From Klebsormidium nitens (lineage: Eukaryota > Plantae > Klebsormidiophyceae), in the NCBI GenBank assembly GCA_000708835.1, contig DF237691.1:1-38368 (forward strand): 38,368 nucleotides of DNA, in the 5' to 3' direction. Positions 29,743 to 38,368 of this stretch are shown one piece after another; the first letter of the stretch is position 1; each line of letters begins with the position of its first letter. A program made the position numbers and the translations under genes. The notes beneath the pieces are model-generated. The model worked only from the letters and a program-made list of their open reading frames with translations, was not told where the DNA came from and made no database searches.

Positions 29743-32700
29743 ATGGGGGGCAACGACTACTTCAGCGTGACGGCCATGTTTGTGATGTTCAGAGAGTGTA
29801 TGGAGGCGGCTGTCATCATGGCGGTTCTACTGCAGTACGTGGCAAAGACTGGCAAGACGTATTTGAAGAAACAAGGTGCGCCTAGAGAGACTCTCTCCAC
29901 TGGCACGGGAGCCTGTTTGACCAGTGGCGCCAAGCTACGGTAGAGCAGTTCTGGTAGCTGAGTGTGTGTTTGCTCTGGCTAAACACTGCTCTATTCTCCT
30001 TTAGTGCACCAATGTAGACTTCCTGGCAGTTGTTTGAGAGCTTTTGTGCAATGGCGCCCATGTGTTGCACCTGGCAGAAGTGACAGCCGACAGAAGTGTC
30101 TCACGCTCCTCATTCAGCAAGACCCTGGTACTCAAGAACTGACCTTCGGTTTTTGAGTACTGAGTATTTTTCACTATAGGATTGTTCAGTTGTTGGCAGC
30201 GTCCCTCCTCTAAGCATTGGATGCTCAAGCGCCACCCTAGATTCCCCTCTCAATTTCCTGTTGTGCTTGACTCTGCAGTTCCCCCATCACTTTTCTGACA
30301 GTCCTCCCCTCTCCCTGTGCAGTCTGGATCGGGGCAGGCCTCGGGCTGCTGCTATCCATCATTTTTGCAGTGATTTTCATTGTGATATACTATACCCTCG
30401 ATAAGGAGGTGTTCACCGGCAAAGGGGAGCAGATCTTCAGCAGGATCATCTCCGTGATTGCCTCCGTCATGATCACCATCCTCGCCTTCGGCATGCTCAA
30501 AATGTTTGCGCTCCAGGAGAAGTGGAACCGCAAGCTTAAGAAGTCAGCTTTGGAGGTGAGGTCCGGTTTCATATATCAAGGACTTCATGGTTGGACCGCG
30601 TTTGGGGCGTTCACATTGACGAGGCTGGATCCTTGGTTCTAGAATCTGATGCATCCTTCTTCCTTAAAAAGTGGTCCCCTGTATGCCGGAGCTTCCTGCT
30701 ATTCCTCTTGAGTCAGGGCTCCTTGCAGATTCATCATTGATGCCTCTGATAGATGCGAAGAATAGTGAAGATTTTCTTTTCAAGATTGTCTGCTTGTTCA
30801 CTGCAGGCACTAGAGGGCAAGCAGGCGTTCACCACTCGCTATGCTCTCTTCATCATTGCATTCACCGCCGTCATTAGGGAGGGCATTGAGGCTGTGCTGT
30901 TCCTTGCCGGGGTTGGGGTTGGAACGCCGTGGAAAGCCATTCCCCTGGGCGGATTTGTGGGTGCAGCACTTGGCGTGTTCTTTGGATACTTCCTTTTCTT
31001 TGGGTAAGTGAATCCTGGGTGCCTCCCTTTGATTGTCGTCATAACCCAAAGTGGTATGGCAGTCTACTTGTTAGCCTTCTGGCCAAGACCTTTACCGAGT
31101 AACTCTCCTGACCAGACCAGAAAGATGGGACCAGCTCCCTATGAAACCCTGTTTAGCATATGCCACGCCGAATGCAAAGGTTGACCTTTAGAGCAAGCAA
31201 CATCAGCATTACTCAGGGGTGCATTGTCGAATTCTCTGACGAGCAAGGATTACATACGAAGTGCTGCAAATTCTGTATGTGAAGACACAAGGTCAAGGGT
31301 GTGAAAAATGTGTGCAATTGGTCACTCGGCAGCCTCTGTCCGAGGGAATGCATTTTGTGATAAATGGACACTCAGGAATGATTTGCCTGCGTGCTCAAAG
31401 TGCTCGAAATATCTGATGGCATCTACACTTTTCCGAACGATTTGATGTCAGCTGATCCTGCTTCCGCTCCGCAAGTTGCATGGATGCAAGTGCCAACGCT
31501 TATCCCCCAAGTCTGAGCTCCGCTCCTCTCGGGTTGCAGGTTGAAGCCGGTGCAGATGAAGTGGTTCTTCTACATCTCGACCGTCATTCTCATGTTCCTC
31601 GCCGCAGGGCTCATGATGACGGGCATCCACGAATTCCAGTTGGTGAGCGGCCCAGCTCATTATTAAGAATCTTCAGTTTGGCAATAGTAAGCTTTAGCAC
31701 TAGTAATGTAACCAGCCTGGGACGGGTAGGGTTAGTTTGGGGGTTAGGGTGGGTTCGGTTGGGGAGCGGGGGATTCTGTGGGTTAGGTTTTTTGTGTTAG
31801 TCCAGGAGCTTACTACTGCTAGAGCTCAGTTTTTGCTATAATAAGAGACATCTTATTTCTGCCAATCTGCTCTTGGATGGTGTACTCATTGCATTCTAGC
31901 GTTACTTTTTCCCGTTTTCAGCATGCATGGACCGGTGGCCAAGCCAACAGACAGGGTTTTGGGAAGCCGCTGAACTATGCAGACTGCCGAAAGAGTCCGC
32001 AGTGCTTTCCAAGCGATGGCTCCCCGTGCCTCTTGCCACTCATTCTCTGCTTCACATTGTTCGTCCTCTTTTCTGGGCGTCAGCCACCTGAAGTTCATTC
32101 CAGGCCTGACGAATCAACTTTTGGCCCTTTCCAGGCGGGAGCCTTCGGATATTTTCCCCCTGAAAGTGATGAAGGCGAATCAGCGCCGGCAGAGGCAGCG
32201 GCCCCCGGACCGGCCCCGGAGGAAGAAGAGAGGGAGCTCTCGTGGCATAACAAGGCGCTCTGGAACATCTGCAGCTGCTGTAGCGATGCGGTGAGGGACC
32301 TTGACTGGTAGTGCCCGCCGTCAGAGTCAGGCCCCTAACTTTGAAGCAGGGACGCTGCATGCTGGTCGTTACGTAGAGACAGCTGCAAGTTTCTGCTCCT
32401 TAACAAATGAATGGTTGCAATCATCAGAGAGCATGTCCGCACTAGGTCGCAGATGCATGGACGGATCGTCCTCCCTCTTGCGCGTTCATCCTGTTCTTGC
32501 TGTTTCTTCCATTCGCGCAGAAGCCAATCTTCTTCGCCGTTTGACAACCAGCAAGAACACAATGCTATGCGTCCAGAACAACCGTCAACTCGTTTTCCAC
32601 TTTGATCTGCTCTCTCCTTCTGATTGCACAGTCTCACGAAGCCGCACTTCTCCCTTACAGGACCAAGGGTTCTTCGAGTTGGCCCGGGCGCTGGTCGGCT

Positions 32701-33201
32701 ACGTGTGCGACCCGACGTTCATCCAGGTCATCACGTACATCTGCTACTGGATCGTCGTCATTGGGGTCTTCGTTTTCAAGGCCCGGCGGGGCACGCTCGA
32801 CAAGTACCGGGTCAAAGACGAGGAACTAGAGCAGGCAGAAGCGGACCTCGAGGCGGCCCCTGCAGGCGCGGAGAAAAAAGCTGGTGAGTTGCACACTGGA
32901 CATGGCTATGTGCCTGAATGAGGTATGGCGGGGTTCGAAGTGCCGTGTTTGAACTGACGCCGGAGGTTGTTCAATCTGCTCGAGGTAGTCGGTTTTGCTT
33001 GGAAAGCTGTCTGACCATTCGAATTCGGGCGTCTGAAGTGCTCATGTCTGAGGCCTCCTCTCTGCCTTCATTCTGCAACTGTCAGGCCACTTGCAATGTT
33101 GTCTGCGGAAATGGTGTTTTCTGCGACATTCCTGATCTCGGCTGTTTTCTGTTGCTGCAGATGAGGCCGCGAAGGTGGAACTAGTCCCGGAAGCAAGGTA
33201 G
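29743..33201 (+). CDS. FTR1: High-affinity iron permease, FTR1 family, 361 aa
   Basis: Exons 29743-29875, 30323-30555, 30807-31003, 31540-31642, 32135-32290, 32661-32883, 33161-33201; 1086 nt, in frame. Two RExxE motifs (RECME, REGIE), several hydrophobic helices, and AGL...GIHEFQ and LVGY motifs. Confidence 0.92.
31719..31786 (+). repeat. G-tract / TTAGGG-like stretch in FTR1 intron 4 (potential G-quadruplex)
   Basis: Nine runs of 3 or more G in 68 nt; exact TTAGGG at 31744-31749. Confidence 0.55.
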
Positions 33202-34341
33202 AGGTCACTATCTTCGGTTTCCATTACCATTCGGTGCAATCATTTTGCGACCGCTGTCGCGCATTGAAGCGATCGGTCTTTGTCAAAGAGACGACTCAAC
33301 GTCGGTCCTTAGCACAGAGGATGAGTTGCTGATCAGAAGCCATCCGACAGGCGAACACGCAACAGGCGTTGCGAAAGTTCAGCAGTCAGGATCTGCTCAG
33401 AATACGTCATGGGGACGAGCATTCGACGCTTGAGCCCAAGAGTCACAAAAGCAGCAACTAGGGCGGAGACTACCTCCAAGAGCTGATTGACTGCTGAGGC
33501 TGATCCCAAGAACATATGTACCATATCAAATGAGCTTCTTGGCGAGCTACTTCCAAGAGTTCGTCGAAGCGGCTATGGCCTGCGTTCACCGCCGGACAGC
33601 GTTTGATTTTCCCTGTTCTCTGTACCATGCACACAACGTGTCACGTTCTAATGCCTACCGCAATGATCGAAGGACCATGCCCCGGGGCATTTATTTTGGC
33701 CATAGGCACATCATATGCAGTACCTATGTCTGATGGATTGCCTAATAAGGTCGGCCCGTGCCAGTACCAATAATATGTGTCAACTGGGATCTGCACTGGC
33801 CCGCTCGCCGACCGCCAGCTGCTGCACGATCAGAAAACTTTGCGCGTACTAATCTGGCCAGCATGGATCCGTATGAAGTTGACAGCTTTCAAAGGAATGC
33901 AGCTGTAGAAGACAAGATAAAATACACGATTGACTGTGTCAGCCTCCTGCGCTCTCAGTGCCCATGAGTGTCCTGACGCTTGCCACACATGCCGTAGCGG
34001 CTTCAGGTTGATTTGAATTCATAAAACGTCCACTGATGCTTGAATTCGCAACTTAGACGCATGTATGTACGGAGACTGCGGGTTGATACATACAGTTTCT
34101 CCATGCTCAAAGGATGCACATTAGTTGCTGCGGCTCAGCCCAAAACCCGATGTTTCGGAGTGCCTCTTTTTATCACGGGGTGGAGCCTACTTAATCTACT
34201 CCAACACGCCGGAAAACGCTCAAGTCTACGGAGGGCTCCTACCTGACTCTGCACTTTTTAGCAACCCAAAACGTAGATTTCACAATTTACCCAGTCCAAG
34301 TGGATGCAAGCAGCTACTGTCCGAACGTCTTGACTCGGCAT

Positions 34342-37300
34342 CTACTGCTTCGCGCACACCTTGACCCCCTTCTGCACCTGGGGCCGGGCAAAAATGCGCT
34401 CCACCCAGGCCTTGGAGTTCGGGTAATCGTCGATGTCAAGGACGGCCTTGTCATAAAAGCTCAGGCCTTTGACCCACGTGACGCAGCAGATGTCAGCGAT
34501 GGAGTAATCCCCGACCAGGTACTCCTTGCCTGCGACAAAGGATGGGCACGGGCACTCAAGCATCAGTGCCAAGCTGGTTATGCGAAGGGGTGGGGCAAAA
34601 AAGCGGCTTCGGCTTAAGAAAAGAGATGACAGGAGAAGGACATGAGGCAATTTCAGAAGCTGCTTATCTCCCTTTTAGTTGTCGGCGGTCCACTTGAGAG
34701 GTTCCCGGAGACTAGGGTTTGGCAGAATAGACCAAAGGGTCCCACTGTCATTGAAAACCGCCAAAACATGGAAAGAAAACGTAAGACCGAAAACGTCCCA
34801 CTTGCCTTGTGGAATCCGCAACCCAGAGAGGTTGACCACAATGAAGGACGGAGGAATCGGGTACGATTGAAATAAAGCGGACTGTCAGAAAGACGCACGG
34901 AAGAAGTTGGAAACGACGAGAACTTCCCGACTTGACTTTTTCAGAACCTGTTTCTGAACCCAGATCGCCCAGCAATTCCGTGCAGCGATTCCTTTTCCGG
35001 GCCTACCTTCGAGGGCCTTGTCGAGGACGGTTAGCAGGCGCTTGGCCTCCGTGAGGTACCGCTCCTTGGCGTACGGAACGTCCTCCTTGGTAAACCTGAA
35101 GAAATGGCCCACCTGACCCAGCATTGGGCCCAGGCCCCCAACCTGCAGGCGGACCGTTAACCCCAGTTAGCCTCGTGGTTAGGAACCCGGTTGAGCAGTC
35201 TTATCGACTTCAGGGTCAGATGCATAGTCACGTCCTCCGGTTGAGCCTTGGGGTAAGAAGCTGGTTAGGCGCTCTAGGGGAGACGTTGAGTTCAATAAGG
35301 ATTCTGGTTGTTGATGCGCATTGTCACTTGACTTCGTGACTAGGAGCTCACTTGAGCACTCTGATCTGACCTTCAGAATGCAACCTAGTGTTCTGATGGT
35401 CATGAGCCGGGTTAAGCACTTTTATTGTTTCCAGTGAAGCTGTCTGGTCGGCCCCGTACTCAAGGAGCCCACTTCTAAAGCTTGAGGTATGTGAGCTTAG
35501 GAGCAGGGTTAAGCAACGGGTTTAGAGAAACGTTAAATCCTGGGAAGTAGACTCGTCCAATTGTTGGTGTACTAAGCAGCATTCTGTGCTGCAATTGTGC
35601 CGGGAGATGGGTGGACAGCAAAGAAAGGGATTTATGACGAAGGACAAGAGTGCGTCAAATAATGCAGGTTGACGTTTTATGTTGCTTCAGAGCCTACTTC
35701 GTACACATGTGCACCAAGAGCCAGACAGCTCTTCGACCACCCTCAAACCAGAGCAGGCAAGCAGTCACCAATATTCTTGATGCCTGACTGCCAGCACACT
35801 CGCTAATACTCTCAAAACGCAACCCACGGAACTTTCCAAAGGACCAGTTTATTGCTCTTAAGCTGTCTTCAGACGCGAAATGGGGTGCAATAAGAAGGTG
35901 ATGTCAGGTGGCGCTTGGATTGGTGTGACAGCTGGCGCACCTGCCAGAAGAGCCAGCCTAGCGTTTCGGCCTTCTTGGCGGGGTCGTCCTTTGGGTAGAG
36001 GGGGCTGTTGTACTTCTCGGCAAGGTAAATCATGATTGCGCCGCTCTCAAACACGCGGACCTCCTCTCCATCTGCAAGGTAATGCGTGAGCTTGCTTTCA
36101 GTGAGATGGTACCAGGGAGCAATGACTGAGCAAAGTCGAAGGATGCACGGAGAGGTTTGGTTTACTGGGTCCGACACAATAGACATCAGTTATGGATCTC
36201 GCATTCAAGGTGCGAGAGAAGTGATTATGACCGGACGTTCACAAAGAGCAGTTTGAGCGCCTTTTCTTGAGGCCAAGACTTTTGCCTGACGTACTGAGAG
36301 AGGGAATCATAAGATACTCAAGCAAATATGATTAGTCAAGCTTTCACCAACAAAGCAGTGTGGGTTCTCTGACTGCAGCCAACGGGCACGTGATGCAGTT
36401 TGCAAAGTGCTTCAGGGCGAGCAAAGAGGATGCGAGTTGGGGGGTTGACATTTGCTTCTCGTTTTGACCACATTCTTGCCAGCTGATTCTTTTTGCAGCG
36501 TCAATTGTGGTGGACGAAGGCATGCCAGTGCTCGACAAGTCGCAGACAATCTGCTTCTTGATACACACTGGAATTGCCGATCAGGCACAAAACAGTCATC
36601 TGGGTCTGGATATGAAAATGCTTCAAGATTTTGGAGTATCAAGGCCTTACTAGGACCATTGGGGTCGACGATCGCGGGGATCTTGGAGTTCGGGTTGATC
36701 TTGACAAACTCGGGCGAGAACTGGTCGCCCTTGCCAATGTCAATCAAGTGCGGCTCATATGGGATGCCCGACTCCTCCAGGAAGATACCAATCTGCACAA
36801 GGGAATGAAATGGGAGGGTGTCTGAGACAAGCAGCGGAAGCAACCCTTTGAGGAAAGAGAATTAATGGAGCACCTCTTTGTAACTATAAAGCAAGTGGAG
36901 TCAATTTGGGCCTCAGGAGAGCAAGGCATTGAGTCCTAATAAACGACATCTTTGCAATGGAGCACGAATTGCAAATGACGCGTTGCGATGTGCACGTGGC
37001 CTAATCCAACCCTTGTTGAACCTTTGTCTCTGCGAATGGTGGTGTCGGACATGTTATCACATTGCCGGCTCCACCAGCCACAAATAAACTGAGAGACAAG
37101 TCCCTTTTTGAAAATCCAGAGACTCATTTGCGCGACCAATGTGCACCTCATCAGTTGCCAAGCCACCTCAGCAATTGTGGACCCCTGCTTTGGAGGCAAC
37201 TGTGCAAGAATTGCGCCTTCCTCCGGCCCCTCACCTTCTGGCCATTTGGTGTGGCAAGCGAGTAAAGCTGGATTGGCTTGTCCGCAGATGCCATTGTGGT

Positions 37301-37558
37301 CTGGCTCCGAGAGGCTCCTTGTCCAGTTACGTGCTGCCAGGTGGCACTTTTGATGGCACCAATGCGAGCGCCCCCTGACAAGAAGCTTCTTCTGTGAATG
37401 AGCGCACCGAGCTGGGGGAGAGGGGACTCGAGGGAGGGCAACGAGAGTAGCTGCGATGGAGCAATGCTGAAAGTCCGAGAAGCGGTGGCGGAGATACAGG
37501 GGCGAAGGAGCGAGGCAGGAATGACGGCGATTCTACACAGCGAGGACGCAAAGGCCAT
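34342..37558 (-). CDS. Glutathione S-transferase, Nu/YfcG/Ure2p-like class, with a putative organellar transit peptide (306 aa; 218 aa from ATG 37294)
   Basis: Exons 37558-37235, 36792-36651, 36071-35941, 35142-35007, 34529-34342, in frame. Motifs [39 protein letters not shown]|[16 protein letters not shown]. Confidence 0.93.
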
Positions 37559-38368
37559 CAGCTTGAACAAGCTGGAACTGATAGCGCTGCCCTGTTCTGC
37601 CTTCCAGAAACAATAAAGCTTTCAGCAATGCAATGCCGGCTCGCGCCAGGAGTCCTTGCAATGCACCGTCCTCCTCAGCTGCATTTCCTACTGGAAGATC
37701 GCGACAGCACTAGCAACCATGCCCGGTTAACTTCTGCTGGGCGACCACCTTGCTCAACTTTGAGGTACAGATATCCCAACGCCGTCGCCCCCGCTATCCC
37801 GGTTGCCGCAGCTTCAAGAACGCATTGGAAGTGTGTACCGTACGGTCACGGTGTCAGCTTCGTACATGCCATGCAAGGAGCCATGGCATGAACCGTGCTC
37901 CTCTAGGACCGGCGGTGAGGACTGCACATCGTAGAGCATGTTGCCCGGGGATTCGAAGGCCGGCCGGCATGCATTTAATTCTCGGGTACTGGCCATGGCG
38001 TTTCGCGTCAGCATCACGTAGGGTATCCGGCATACATACGGTAAGCTGCATGCATGCTCGCCGACGTTTATTGCGGGCCGCGGCCGCCTAGCGGCCTGCG
38101 TTTTTGACCGACGGCCAGGCGGCCAGAATGGCAAAAACTACACTACAGCAAATACTCAGTCACTAGGGCGCTTGTCTTAGATTAGCCTTCGATAAGGGTA
38201 CCGTCATTTTGTACCTGGTACCCCCCCATTTTTATTTGGGGGGGGGGGCTCGAGGCCTCAGTGGTGACGCGGGGTGGAGGGGGGGGGGGGCTTGGGGGCA
38301 TTTTGAGATTCAGGGCCCCCATGGGGGGACGGCTTGAGGCTTCCGAGGGGAGGGTCTTATGAGCGACG

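Overview
Intron-rich eukaryotic nuclear DNA (GT-AG introns, GC-rich exons); gene content points to a green or streptophyte alga, probably Klebsormidium-like (inference). The ORF track only shows exon fragments, so I assembled genes by hand from splice sites and frame continuity. In order: (1) a tandem array of three paralogous + strand Ser/Thr kinases: the last exon of one, an RD kinase with a 1-nt frameshift, and an intact non-RD (HCD) kinase; (2) a bacterial YbiA-like NADAR gene (-) with TGA at a conserved Trp; (3) a plastid J-domain protein of the DJC65 type (+); (4) an ASCH/ASC-1-homology gene (-); (5) an FTR1 iron permease (+); (6) a Nu/Ure2p-like GST (-). Two clear MITEs and several weaker inverted repeats are present. 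The most unusual observations are two duplicated, apparently mutually exclusive terminal exons that each complete the ASCH fold, and 17 GTAC cores (the SBP/CuRE core) packed into about 460 bp of the divergent NADAR/DnaJ region. No rRNA, tRNA or CRISPR was seen.
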